Shown here piece by piece: positions 1-9,259 of a DNA stretch of 64,000 nucleotides. The notes beneath the pieces were generated by a model. It was not told the DNA's origin. It did not search any database and saw only the letters and a list, made by a program, of their open reading frames with translations. How positions within the stretch are numbered: the stretch's first letter is position 1; every line of letters begins with the position of its first letter. Source of the DNA: a virus; IMG/VR virus record IMGVR_UViG_3300016725_000004; one strand, given 5' to 3'. The translations under genes were made by a program, and so were the position numbers.

Positions 1-126
1 AACATTAAGTTGAGAATTAGCATAACCCCATTCATCTCTGAGTTGTATTACGTTTTTATCAGTAATTTGTTTTACTTGTAATACCCCATCTAAATCAGTT
101 ACTTTTTCTTCAAAATTCCAACCCAT
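1..126 (-). CDS. partial CDS (N-terminal about 42 codons; continues past window start)
   Basis: ATG at 126 on minus strand opens a frame (MGWNFEEKVTDLDG...) that runs off the window edge; promoter-like element upstream. Confidence 0.3.
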   Translation of the reverse strand, partial: MGWNFEEKVTDLDGVLQVKQITDKNVIQLRDEWGYANSQLNV

Positions 127-217
127 ATTTTCAATTGCAAAACGATCTAATTTGTTAGATTTAACCTGTTGATATGCAATCTTTCTGTCATGCTTAAATT
201 GCTTAAATATACGTTGA

Positions 218-246
218 ATAATACTATTAACTTGAGATAATGTCAA
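218..246 (-). promoter_or_regulatory. sigma70-like promoter (TTGACA-N17-TATTAT)
   Basis: minus-strand TTGACA (241-246) and TATTAT (218-223) with 17-nt spacer, upstream of partial CDS. Confidence 0.35.
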
Positions 247-295
247 GTTAAAAATTACAAAGCTTGTACTAGAGCTATTTGATACGAAACCAAGC

Positions 296-670
296 CTAAC
301 TTGCATACATTTTCTTCATAGAATCAAAGTCTAAATTCTTCTCATATTCACATAATTTATTATAATCATAATCATCTAGTAACGATACAAATGTTTTCCA
401 TTTATTATACCATCTCCAATAATCTTCGGTAGGATTATTGTCTAATATTACTACACCGAAATCTTTAGTACATAATACAGCTTTAAGAATTAACTCTTGA
501 ATCCTTGTTAATTCTTTTTCAATATCTTCAGTTCTTTCATGTTTAGTAGCATGTGCAAATCTAAAGAAAACAGAACCGTATCCCTCAATGTATCTAAATA
601 ATGCTAATTCACATTTATTTTCTACTATTTTTTCAAGAATATTTTTTGTGTCCTTTGAATCTTTTTCCAT
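296..670 (-). CDS. hypothetical protein (124 aa)
   Basis: ORF on uniformly used minus strand, tight packing; no recognisable motif. Confidence 0.5.
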   Translation of the reverse strand: MEKDSKDTKNILEKIVENKCELALFRYIEGYGSVFFRFAHATKHERTEDIEKELTRIQELILKAVLCTKDFGVVILDNNPTEDYWRWYNKWKTFVSLLDDYDYNKLCEYEKNLDFDSMKKMYAS

Positions 671-678
671 ATTTTCTC

Positions 679-1035
679 CTAGTATTTAAGATAGGTCAAT
701 ACTTCAATAGCTTCAAGTAATTTACTAAATAACGGAGTATCAAATTCAATATTATCTAATTTAAGCGTACATTTTTCACTAGAGTAATAGATATGTATTT
801 TACCAAATTCAGAAAAATAAATATTACAGTAAATTTTATCATCATTCCAATAGACTGAAACTTCATTTCCTGTAGCAGCCGATATTCCCGGTAAATTTTT
901 ACCATTAAATAACTCAATAAACTTTTTAGCATAATCTAAACAAATAGGATTAGTTACTAATTCACTTTCATTATCCCAACCTGCGGGCATATTTCTATAT
1001 TCTTCTATTTCTTTAAGTAGGTCTTCTTTTGTCAT
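679..1035 (-). CDS. hypothetical protein (118 aa)
   Basis: minus-strand ORF, 8-nt gap to neighbour. Confidence 0.5.
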   Translation of the reverse strand: MTKEDLLKEIEEYRNMPAGWDNESELVTNPICLDYAKKFIELFNGKNLPGISAATGNEVSVYWNDDKIYCNIYFSEFGKIHIYYSSEKCTLKLDNIEFDTPLFSKLLEAIEVLTYLKY

Positions 1036-1046
1036 ATTAGGCTCCT

Positions 1047-1391
1047 TTAAAAATCACATTCTAACATAGAATCATTCCAATTATTATTTAATGCATTCCA
1101 ATAATTATTATGCAACATTATCATTTGTGCAGTCAATATTTTCTTATGATTTTTCTTTCTACGAAGATAATCTTTTCTAGCTTCTTCAACAGTAGGAAAT
1201 GCCCATTTTCTATTACACTTTAGATTTACAAATCTAAAACTTATCCAAACTCCACATTTGGTAAACTTATTCACTTTATATTTAAAACACTTCGGTTTAA
1301 TACCCAAACGTGAAAATTCTTTGCAATCTTCATATCTATATACATATTTAATATTAGAAAATTCAGAATCACTATTGACCATACAACTCAT
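1047..1391 (-). CDS. AP2-domain-like DNA-binding protein (114 aa)
   Basis: GVWISFRFVNLKCNRKWAFPTVEEARKDYLR resembles AP2 domain (W.A.I..GK...LG.F.T.EEAA.AY) common in phage HNH/homing-endonuclease-associated proteins. Confidence 0.4.
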   Translation of the reverse strand: MSCMVNSDSEFSNIKYVYRYEDCKEFSRLGIKPKCFKYKVNKFTKCGVWISFRFVNLKCNRKWAFPTVEEARKDYLRRKKNHKKILTAQMIMLHNNYWNALNNNWNDSMLECDF

Positions 1392-1728
1392 TAAAGCACT
1401 CCTTAATTTTAATAATTAAATTTTTATAGTCCTGGGTATTCTCAGAATTTAATTCAAATAAATCATTACATATCTTCTTAAATATCTTTTCTTTTTCTAC
1501 TCGCTCTTTTAACTTTTTCTCATTCAATGAAATATGTACATACCCACAGTTACGGCAAATGTGGTCAAAGCTATTCCAATTTGCTCCCCATATTTTAAAT
1601 TTGCTAGTAGCAATGAATTTCTTTGATATATTATGTGTTCTATACGCAGGGAAACTAACTTGTATATCTCCCATCATAACATAATCTTCAACTGCACCAC
1701 ATTTGGGGCATGCAATTTTAGGTGTCAT
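1372..1728 (-). CDS. zinc-ribbon protein (118 aa)
   Basis: CPKCG ... CRNCG pairs; minus-strand ORF. Confidence 0.45.
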   Translation of the reverse strand: MTPKIACPKCGAVEDYVMMGDIQVSFPAYRTHNISKKFIATSKFKIWGANWNSFDHICRNCGYVHISLNEKKLKERVEKEKIFKKICNDLFELNSENTQDYKNLIIKIKECFNELYGQ

Positions 1729-1931
1729 ATTTCAATTTGTGAAGGAGGACAAGTGTATTCTATAATTGCAGTTTTCATATCAGTAAATTTATTAGGTTTA
1801 ATTCTATATTCTAATTTACCTTTAACATATGAGCATCCAATAATACTACCTTCGAGAGTTCTACCGTTAAAGTTAAATCTTACAAATTGGCCCACTTTAA
1901 ACTTCATTTCATGATGTACTTCTTTCGGCAT
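1725..1931 (-). CDS. hypothetical protein (68 aa)
   Basis: small minus-strand ORF abutting neighbours (overlapping stop/start). Confidence 0.4.
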   Translation of the reverse strand: MPKEVHHEMKFKVGQFVRFNFNGRTLEGSIIGCSYVKGKLEYRIKPNKFTDMKTAIIEYTCPPSQIEI

Positions 1932-2113
1932 AAATTCTCCTGAGGAATAGTTAATTCAAGGGTTATATTATCTTTTCCTACATATAATATTCCATTAGTT
2001 AATGTTAATTCAATTTTACTAGTAACAAAGTCTAAAGTAGTTTCAATTATTTCATTATCTGTTTGTGCTAAAATTTCACATACATTAGTAACAACCTGTT
2101 CCCCTTTAATCAT
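1904..2113 (-). CDS. hypothetical protein (69 aa)
   Basis: small minus-strand ORF. Confidence 0.35.
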   Translation of the reverse strand: MIKGEQVVTNVCEILAQTDNEIIETTLDFVTSKIELTLTNGILYVGKDNITLELTIPQENLCRKKYIMK

Positions 2114-2586
2114 TTTAAATATAAAAATGGACAGAAAAATACATTAGCAGTAAAGACAAAAAGCATAATATAAAAATCTTTAGAAATATGCTCAGATTTT
2201 TCTTGGTAAAATTTATAATATGATGGGTAATCTATATAGTCACCAATGTCTATTACACAGAATTTACAAATAGCAGTGCAAATACTTAGAAAAATAATGT
2301 ACCCGCTTCCTTTAAATATAACTTCAGGTTGATAAATAAAATAAACATATTGTGAGAAAGTTGGATAATAGGGCAAATAATAAACAAATTCAAAAATTGC
2401 ATATAAACCTATAAACATACATAAAATAAAAAGTAGCATACCTACCAATATGCTACTTAAACAAACAATAATTTTAATTGTGGTTTTAATGGGTACTTTC
2501 ATAATATTCCAAATATCTACCAAAAATAAATTGTCCAATATATGTTTCCATAAGATTGCCAAAATCTGTTTCATCATTAAATTCAA
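2110..2586 (-). CDS. membrane protein (start uncertain, likely internal Met)
   Basis: multiple hydrophobic segments; 5' end overlaps upstream gene so true start probably near 2502 or 2439. Confidence 0.4.
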   Translation of the reverse strand: MNLMMKQILAILWKHILDNLFLVDIWNIMKVPIKTTIKIIVCLSSILVGMLLFILCMFIGLYAIFEFVYYLPYYPTFSQYVYFIYQPEVIFKGSGYIIFLSICTAICKFCVIDIGDYIDYPSYYKFYQEKSEHISKDFYIMLFVFTANVFFCPFLYLK

Positions 2587-2992
2587 AAATAATACTATTA
2601 TTAGTTATATTCATATCTTCTAAAGTAAAATTTAGTATATCTTTAATTGAAACATTTAACATTTCTTCATTAGCTAAATTATTTCTATTTCTATATGTTT
2701 TAATACCATCTGTAAAGTTTGTAATAACCGATTCAGTATTACCCGGATCAATAAGTGAAGATAACACCTCTAATTTAAGTGAAGCATTATATTCATTAAA
2801 AGAACCATATTCACTAATATGCTGTTCAATTTGATTCCAAATTTCCCGAACTGCTTCTTCAAACTCATAGTCATCTAATGTATCCTGAACTAATAACTCT
2901 CGTAATTCTTCTACTGTATTTGGTATATTTGGAAAATTAACTAAAAAACTAGTGCTTGAACTATTAGATATAAATCCTCTTCTTATTTTCAT
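2486..2992 (-). CDS. paralogous family A protein, copy 3 (168 aa)
   Basis: N-terminus MKIRRGFISNSSSTSFLVNF shared with two upstream paralogs. Confidence 0.55.
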   Translation of the reverse strand: MKIRRGFISNSSSTSFLVNFPNIPNTVEELRELLVQDTLDDYEFEEAVREIWNQIEQHISEYGSFNEYNASLKLEVLSSLIDPGNTESVITNFTDGIKTYRNRNNLANEEMLNVSIKDILNFTLEDMNITNNSIIFEFNDETDFGNLMETYIGQFIFGRYLEYYESTH

Positions 2993-3480
2993 ATAGGTTG
3001 AGTTAATACCAAATGTTTACCAAATATTTTATTCATTCCGGAAGTAAAATAATCAAAAGTAGGATGGTTGTTATCAATATCAAAAATAATACAATTATCT
3101 ACTATTTCAAAATCACCAAGCATATCTTCAGCAATATCTCCAAGTGTTTTAGATTGTAACTGCTTTATACTTAATTTATTATCTTCCATGTATTCATTTA
3201 AACTAGGAATAGTACAAATCAAAGGAACTTCGCAATAATATTTAGATAAATATTCAATTACATTATCTTTTAAATATTCTTTATAATTCTCAAACCCAAT
3301 ATTCTTTGAAATATATTGCAAATCATTCCATATATATTTAAGAACTATTTCAAATTCATATTCTTTACTAGATTGTTTGAACATTTCCATTAATTCTTCA
3401 AGGGAAGACGGAATAGTATCAAATTTAACTACAAAACTAGTGCTTGAACTATTTGAAACAAAACCACGCCTAAATTTCAT
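2989..3480 (-). CDS. paralogous family A protein, copy 2 (163 aa)
   Basis: MKFRRGFVSNSSSTSFVVKFD...; tandem paralog. Confidence 0.55.
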   Translation of the reverse strand: MKFRRGFVSNSSSTSFVVKFDTIPSSLEELMEMFKQSSKEYEFEIVLKYIWNDLQYISKNIGFENYKEYLKDNVIEYLSKYYCEVPLICTIPSLNEYMEDNKLSIKQLQSKTLGDIAEDMLGDFEIVDNCIIFDIDNNHPTFDYFTSGMNKIFGKHLVLTQPI

Positions 3481-3495
3481 TCTTCTCCCCTAAGA

Positions 3496-3975
3496 TTATC
3501 TAATATAATATTTACCAAAAATATCCTTAAAAATGATCGTAGTATGAATAGAATGTGGTATTAGAATACATCCTTTAGTTATATGCACATCATGCAATAT
3601 ATTTTCAATTATATCATCTAATGAGTTATTAAGCAATTGTTCAGTTGATTCTTTATGAGTTAGCCTATACAATTCAAATTTTTCTTTTAAATTGAAACTA
3701 TCTAACCCGCGTGCTTGTGGTTCCTTATATTCAAAATAATCAAATAAGTATCCAATAGCAGATAATTTTAGATGTTTCCAATAATTATCCATATTTTTAT
3801 GTGTATTCATTATATGTTGAATTTGTTCCCAAACTAATTTTGAAGTGGTACTAAAATCTTTAGACTCAGAATTTAACATTGAACATAATTCTTCAAAAGA
3901 AGAAGGCATTTTATCAAATTTAACTACAAAGCAAGTTGTTGAACTGTTAGATATAAATCCGTATCTAACCTTCAC
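3496..3975 (-). CDS. paralogous family A protein, copy 1 (159 aa)
   Basis: MKVRYGFISNSSTTCFVVKFD...; tandem paralog. Confidence 0.55.
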   Translation of the reverse strand: MKVRYGFISNSSTTCFVVKFDKMPSSFEELCSMLNSESKDFSTTSKLVWEQIQHIMNTHKNMDNYWKHLKLSAIGYLFDYFEYKEPQARGLDSFNLKEKFELYRLTHKESTEQLLNNSLDDIIENILHDVHITKGCILIPHSIHTTIIFKDIFGKYYIR

Positions 3976-4334
3976 ATTAGAATCCCAAATATCTCTTTAA
4001 ATTTGAAATAATTAACCATTATCAACAGAAAAGCAACAAGAATTGAATGCATGACTACCAAGGCAATGCTTTGATAAACAGTATCTTTATTCATCGACTC
4101 AAAGATAAAAGAAAAAGACACAGTTATACCTTGAATACAAAATTGAATTAGCATCAAATTAAGTGTAAGAAATAAAGGGAGTAAAAACACTTTATCTGAA
4201 CTTTTAACAAATTCTGGCAAGGTTTGATGTATAACTAAAAAGTCAGCAGGAACTATTAATAATTGATAGGTGTACATGCAAATACATACAGCTAAAAATG
4301 GAAAAATAGAACAAGTTCGAGCAAAACTTTTCAT
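3972..4334 (-). CDS. small membrane protein (120 aa)
   Basis: three hydrophobic helices; minus-strand ORF. Confidence 0.45.
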   Translation of the reverse strand: MKSFARTCSIFPFLAVCICMYTYQLLIVPADFLVIHQTLPEFVKSSDKVFLLPLFLTLNLMLIQFCIQGITVSFSFIFESMNKDTVYQSIALVVMHSILVAFLLIMVNYFKFKEIFGILM

Positions 4335-4708
4335 TGTTTCTCCTTAAAATCAAAGTTATTTACTTGAATCATATTGTCTATATAATCATCTGGATTAAAT
4401 ATTTTACATTTAAGTCGTGTAATATTAAACATTAATGCTTTCTTTATCCTATGTAATCCATCTATTACTTCATAATTTGGATCAATTATTATTGGATATT
4501 TTAAGTCAGCTCGTTCAACTCTATCCATTTTTAATCTATTGCAATCTTCTGATATATCAAATGTTTTTGAATTAGTAGGTAGAGTTATTACCTTAGTGTT
4601 CTTTACGGTATTGAATAAAAAGTTTCTATCAATCCAATACTTTTTTCCTTTCCATCTAATTGGAATCATTTTATTTTTATCTATAACAGACACAATCACT
4701 TTTTTCAT
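4331..4708 (-). CDS. ParB-like nuclease-domain protein (125 aa)
   Basis: YPIIIDPNYEVIDGLHRIKKAL matches ParB/Srx N-terminal motif (v.DGhHR..A). Confidence 0.4.
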   Translation of the reverse strand: MKKVIVSVIDKNKMIPIRWKGKKYWIDRNFLFNTVKNTKVITLPTNSKTFDISEDCNRLKMDRVERADLKYPIIIDPNYEVIDGLHRIKKALMFNITRLKCKIFNPDDYIDNMIQVNNFDFKEKQ

Positions 4709-5277
4709 TATTTTTCCTTATCTTCATACTTTTTTAACAACTTTAATTGCTGTTTAATAATAACTTCACGTTGTTTTACCTCTGAAATTAAATCTTCTTT
4801 AATTTTATCATTAAAATAAATAAGTCTTGGTCGTATATCTTTTAACAAAATGTTTTTCAATAGCATTGCTTCCGTATACCCAAAGCCAAATGCGCTAATC
4901 ACAGGAATGCAAGGTAATTCTAAAGGTTCATCATCAATACAAATGTAATCTGTTTCCGCTACATAGTAAGATTTACAATATTGACGAATTTCTTCATTAC
5001 GATCTGAAAGAATGTTTGTCTTCCAATCTACAGCTAAACACTCACAAAATTCTTGTACTTTATAATCAACATTTTCGGTTATTTTAGCTACAAAGTATTC
5101 ATAAGTACATTTACGCCAACTAGATGAAATTACTATTCTAATTGGAATATATCTTTTTATTTCAAGAACTGCATCTACAAAAAATTCAAAACAATTTCTA
5201 TCAATTAATTTATCTGATAACATAAAACTAGCATCAGTGTTAAGTACGCCATCAATGTCGAGGAAAATAGTTTTCAT
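4708..5277 (-). CDS. HAD-superfamily phosphatase (putative nucleotidase)
   Basis: MKTIFLDIDGVLNTD (DxDGV motif I), downstream SSSW (motif II-like); RBS GGAGAAAG before Met at 5277. Confidence 0.5.
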   Translation of the reverse strand: MKTIFLDIDGVLNTDASFMLSDKLIDRNCFEFFVDAVLEIKRYIPIRIVISSSWRKCTYEYFVAKITENVDYKVQEFCECLAVDWKTNILSDRNEEIRQYCKSYYVAETDYICIDDEPLELPCIPVISAFGFGYTEAMLLKNILLKDIRPRLIYFNDKIKEDLISEVKQREVIIKQQLKLLKKYEDKEK

Positions 5278-5540
5278 TTCTTTCTCCAAATAAGAATACT
5301 CCAAGTAATTAGTAATATAAATACAGAAATAGAAAATGAATAGATATAGGATAATAAATCAATATATCTATGTAAAATTGCACCAAATATTAAATAACAT
5401 AGTACACATAAACAAGATTTTAAATTAACATTAAATCTTGTTCGTTTATCAAAATAATAATATATACTAAAAAATAATACCATCCCTATTAATAGGGATG
5501 GATAATGTAGTAACTCTAGGAGTTGCGTAAAATCTATCAT
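5274..5540 (-). CDS. small membrane protein (88 aa)
   Basis: hydrophobic ORF. Confidence 0.4.
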   Translation of the reverse strand: MIDFTQLLELLHYPSLLIGMVLFFSIYYYFDKRTRFNVNLKSCLCVLCYLIFGAILHRYIDLLSYIYSFSISVFILLITWSILIWRKK

Positions 5541-6034
5541 ATAAGTTTAATTTTAGTAGATATAGGAGCAGCCAGTATATTACATTTTTCATCTAGTAAA
5601 AGAACCATAGTTTGAGAAGATCCGTAGTACATACCTTGATGTTTAACATCATTTATTTCATATTCAACTTTATCTCCAGTCTTAAATTTAAGACCAGTAT
5701 TTTCAATAATAGATCCAAGTACGCTTGAACATAAAGTATTTAGATTTAGTTGGGTTTTAAAAATTTTATCTGAGTTATAAATATATAAACATTGAACCAT
5801 ATCTTCTGATAAATCAGAGCTAAACCAAATAATTAACTTATCGAAATTCTTCTCTATTTCAAGAACAAAATCCCCCAAAATGTCAATAGTTAATATGTAG
5901 TTATCAGTGGATGCTTTAAATAATCTATGTTGAATTAAAACTTTATCTAATTTATCTTTAGATTTTTCTGATATTAAATCATTATCTTCTTTACTAATTT
6001 TGTATAATTCCTTAATTCTGTCTGCTATTGTCAT
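5537..6034 (-). CDS. hypothetical protein (165 aa)
   Basis: minus-strand ORF. Confidence 0.5.
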   Translation of the reverse strand: MTIADRIKELYKISKEDNDLISEKSKDKLDKVLIQHRLFKASTDNYILTIDILGDFVLEIEKNFDKLIIWFSSDLSEDMVQCLYIYNSDKIFKTQLNLNTLCSSVLGSIIENTGLKFKTGDKVEYEINDVKHQGMYYGSSQTMVLLLDEKCNILAAPISTKIKLI

Positions 6035-6305
6035 TATTTTTCCTTCGCAAAATTGTATCTATAACTAAATATATTATACCACATAAAAATATAATTAGCA
6101 AACCGTAAACGTAATAGTTTTTATCAACTCCAAGAGGTTCAAGTATGTATCCAATAATATTAAATAAAAATACAGTTGAAAAGGAGTTAACTATTGAATT
6201 TGCATGTTTTAGCTTTGTTGTTTCAAATAACATAGAACATAGTATAAATACAATTACCCCAATTATACTTGATATTATTTGTGGAATCTCAATTGTGATT
6301 GACAT
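6012..6305 (-). CDS. small membrane protein (97 aa)
   Basis: hydrophobic ORF. Confidence 0.4.
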   Translation of the reverse strand: MSITIEIPQIISSIIGVIVFILCSMLFETTKLKHANSIVNSFSTVFLFNIIGYILEPLGVDKNYYVYGLLIIFLCGIIYLVIDTILRRKNNDNSRQN

Positions 6306-6543
6306 AAAGAACCCCCATGATAATAATTAAAATTAAAATTAACTTTTGAATAGGTTGACTAAAAATAAAATTAATAAATTCAAAAACCAATTGAATTAGT
6401 ATTTCAAAGCAAGCAAATACAATAGAAAAAATAAAACTAATTATTAGTAATGGGATTATAATAATCAGTTCCATACTTTCACCTATAAATGAATTTAAAT
6501 GTAAGGTAGCAAACAAGAAAAGGAATAGTAAAAATAAATCCAA
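6289..6543 (-). CDS. small membrane protein (84 aa)
   Basis: hydrophobic ORF. Confidence 0.35.
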   Translation of the reverse strand: MDLFLLFLFLFATLHLNSFIGESMELIIIIPLLIISFIFSIVFACFEILIQLVFEFINFIFSQPIQKLILILIIIMGVLYVNHN

Positions 6544-6745
6544 CTAAATTAATTGAAAACATTTCATAGAAAATAATACCAAGTATACTAAAGAGAATTA
6601 AAGGGCAAATTACTTCTCTAACTAGAAAGTTAATTTTCCAATTGCGTATAGAAAAGAATCGGTCTAGTATACTAACAGAAAAACTAATACAAATTATGCC
6701 CAATAATAGTGAAGCAAACGCCTTAGTCATCATATAAAAATTCAT
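6479..6745 (-). CDS. small membrane protein (88 aa)
   Basis: hydrophobic ORF, overlaps neighbour, start uncertain. Confidence 0.35.
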   Translation of the reverse strand: MNFYMMTKAFASLLLGIICISFSVSILDRFFSIRNWKINFLVREVICPLILFSILGIIFYEMFSINLVGFIFTIPFLVCYLTFKFIYR

Positions 6746-7092
6746 ATCAACTCTTCATAAAATTCTACTGTATAATCTTGTTCTTCACAATAATGTAGCC
6801 ACATTTTAAATTGTTCAATATGATTTGAAGTTAAATCAGTAGAACCAACTACATCTAAAGTATCACAAGTCATACAATCATAGTCTAGTTCATCCTGCTT
6901 AAATTTAGGTAAACTAGATGAATATTTAGTTACTAATTCAATATATTTAGCAGGTCTATCTTTACTAGGAATACTAAATAAACATTTAGCTTCTGAGATA
7001 TTCCATAAATTAAAAGTTGCATAATCTTTAATTTCTTTAAATTTACCTTTAACACAAACTATTGCTGGACGCCAACCACGAACCTTAATCAT
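6742..7092 (-). CDS. hypothetical protein (116 aa)
   Basis: minus-strand ORF. Confidence 0.5.
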   Translation of the reverse strand: MIKVRGWRPAIVCVKGKFKEIKDYATFNLWNISEAKCLFSIPSKDRPAKYIELVTKYSSSLPKFKQDELDYDCMTCDTLDVVGSTDLTSNHIEQFKMWLHYCEEQDYTVEFYEELI

Positions 7093-7445
7093 TTTCTTCT
7101 CCTTTCATTTTTATATCGTAGATTACTCATTTTATCTGAATAATAATCGGGAAATGCACAAAATAATAAATGACATAAATAAATAAAAATAGTTATTGCA
7201 CCTACTATTAAATTTAATAAAGGAATAATAAAAAGTATATACCAAGTTACTTTAGCTGAAGTTAGTTTATATCCATATATTGTAATGAATAAAAATTTAA
7301 AATGGTCATCTACAATACACATATAACTATGGTAAATAAATAAGAGCAAACTTATAATACTTAGAGTATATGAAATTGTAAATATATAATCTAAATTTGA
7401 GAAAGTTTGTAGGGTACTAAGTATATATTCATAAATATTATACAT
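7089..7445 (-). CDS. paralogous family B small membrane protein
   Basis: shares motif FIIPLLNL...I.GAITIFIYLC with 8157/8480/8818 ORFs. Confidence 0.5.
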   Translation of the reverse strand: MYNIYEYILSTLQTFSNLDYIFTISYTLSIISLLLFIYHSYMCIVDDHFKFLFITIYGYKLTSAKVTWYILFIIPLLNLIVGAITIFIYLCHLLFCAFPDYYSDKMSNLRYKNERRRK

Positions 7446-7446
7446 T

Positions 7447-8184
7447 TTATTCTTCTTTTAACATTTTTAATGTTTCTTTAATAAAGTCAATAATTAAATT
7501 TTTTGACTCTAAGTGTTTAGAATCTAATTTATTAGTAGAATCTTCATAATTTATACCATCATATATGGAAATCCTGTTATTCATCAATATGAAAGAATTA
7601 GCTGAATTTTTCTTAAAAAGAGGATAGTATATATCATATATGCCCCGTTCAATATAATTTAAGCATTGGGTATAAAACCAAATAGCTTCATCTACCCACT
7701 CTTTACTAAATTGTTTAAATTCTTCTTTATATACTAACATATAATTTTCTTGACAAGAAGGATAAAATTCAAAAATAGATGGATTATATGTTACTTGTTT
7801 CCAAAGAATAACATTATATTTTTGCGTGATTTCTTCTTTTTCATGTTCATAAAATACACCTGAAATTTGGCTACTCATATCAGGATAATTTTTGAACCAA
7901 GGTTCCATGCGTTTTGATATTCTAGTATATCCAACATATATTGGAGTTTCATTCCAAAATCTAGCAAAGTCATAATTTGAAATTTCATCAAATTGTTGAG
8001 TATAATAGTTTGAAAGTAATTTATCTGGTGTTATTCCAGTCCCATTTCCATGAATAATATGGTCATTCATGTATAACCTAAAAGTATCAAAATTGGGTTG
8101 TGCAGATATTGCTGGAAATTGATAAGCTAAAAGACATTGTAAATTATGTGGTGAGATCATTTCTCCTCCAGTAGTTTTAAACAA
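7447..8184 (-). CDS. hypothetical protein (245 aa)
   Basis: minus-strand ORF interrupting family B array. Confidence 0.5.
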   Translation of the reverse strand: MFKTTGGEMISPHNLQCLLAYQFPAISAQPNFDTFRLYMNDHIIHGNGTGITPDKLLSNYYTQQFDEISNYDFARFWNETPIYVGYTRISKRMEPWFKNYPDMSSQISGVFYEHEKEEITQKYNVILWKQVTYNPSIFEFYPSCQENYMLVYKEEFKQFSKEWVDEAIWFYTQCLNYIERGIYDIYYPLFKKNSANSFILMNNRISIYDGINYEDSTNKLDSKHLESKNLIIDFIKETLKMLKEE

Positions 8185-8483
8185 AATTTTCCAATTCCCA
8201 TTGGAATCAACACAAAAATAGTATAAACACTACAAAGAAAGATTCCTAATACTGCGGTAATTAAATTAATATAAGGAATAATTAAAAATACCACCCAACA
8301 AATTGCTTGAGTACGAAATATATTGGGTGTAATACAAAAGTTAATAAATCCTAAATTGAAAGTTATTTTAGAATTTGAATTAATACTATTTTTGAATTTA
8401 TAAAAAATATAACTTGAAAAAAGAAAACAAATAATAGAAATAATGTAACTTGTATTTAATACTAATTCTCTATATTCAGTCAT
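8157..8483 (-). CDS. paralogous family B small membrane protein
   Basis: LIIPYINLITAVLGIFLC motif. Confidence 0.5.
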   Translation of the reverse strand: MTEYRELVLNTSYIISIICFLFSSYIFYKFKNSINSNSKITFNLGFINFCITPNIFRTQAICWVVFLIIPYINLITAVLGIFLCSVYTIFVLIPMGIGKFCLKLLEEK

Positions 8484-8818
8484 TTTCTCTCCTCAATATT
8501 TGAAAACTTTGACAAAGTTTTGGAGATAAATTCTGGAATATTTTTAATAGTATTAATTATTCCCATACAAAGTAAACAAATTCCAATAATGACAAGTGTT
8601 GCTAAATTTAGCAATGGAATAATAAATACTAAAATCCAAGCTATATTATATGTATTTAATAGAGATTTCATATTAAAATCAATTTCATATGCTTCTGCAT
8701 TTTTATTATAAAATAATCTAATATGTTCATGTTTCCTAAGATATAAGAAAGATATAATGTACAAAATTAATAGTATTATAGATAAAATTGAACAATATAA
8801 AGTCAGCGTTCCTAACAT
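8480..8818 (-). CDS. paralogous family B small membrane protein
   Basis: FIIPLLNLATLVIIGICLLC motif. Confidence 0.5.
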   Translation of the reverse strand: MLGTLTLYCSILSIILLILYIISFLYLRKHEHIRLFYNKNAEAYEIDFNMKSLLNTYNIAWILVFIIPLLNLATLVIIGICLLCMGIINTIKNIPEFISKTLSKFSNIEERK

Positions 8819-9153
8819 TAATTTTCCCCTGAGATTTTCAATAAAAATTTTCTAAGATTAGTTATACAATATTCAAGAAAAACTAAACCTAAATATAGAG
8901 ATGCGCTTAAAATGCAAGATATTAAAAGTAGTGCATTTAATATTGGAATACAAAATGCTGCCCAACACAGCATAGCTTTTTCATTTAATAGCATCTTAAG
9001 ATCAATAATAAGAACATTACATATTATAATTTGTTTAAATTTCCTTAGATATAAAAATAAACCAATATAACTGATAATAGCTATTCCAGTTATAGGCAAA
9101 CAATAAAAGGCTATTAAACCTAAAAGCTTAAATACAAACTCAAAATATTCCAT
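8818..9153 (-). CDS. paralogous family B small membrane protein
   Basis: FCIPILNALLLISCIL motif. Confidence 0.5.
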   Translation of the reverse strand: MEYFEFVFKLLGLIAFYCLPITGIAIISYIGLFLYLRKFKQIIICNVLIIDLKMLLNEKAMLCWAAFCIPILNALLLISCILSASLYLGLVFLEYCITNLRKFLLKISGEN

Positions 9154-9259
9154 AACTTCCCTTTAAACTAAAATCTACAATAAGATATATCCAAAAGAAA
9201 ATTGCACAAGTTGTACAAAAAGCTAAAATAACTGGGGGTAAATAATTCATAAATTCCTC

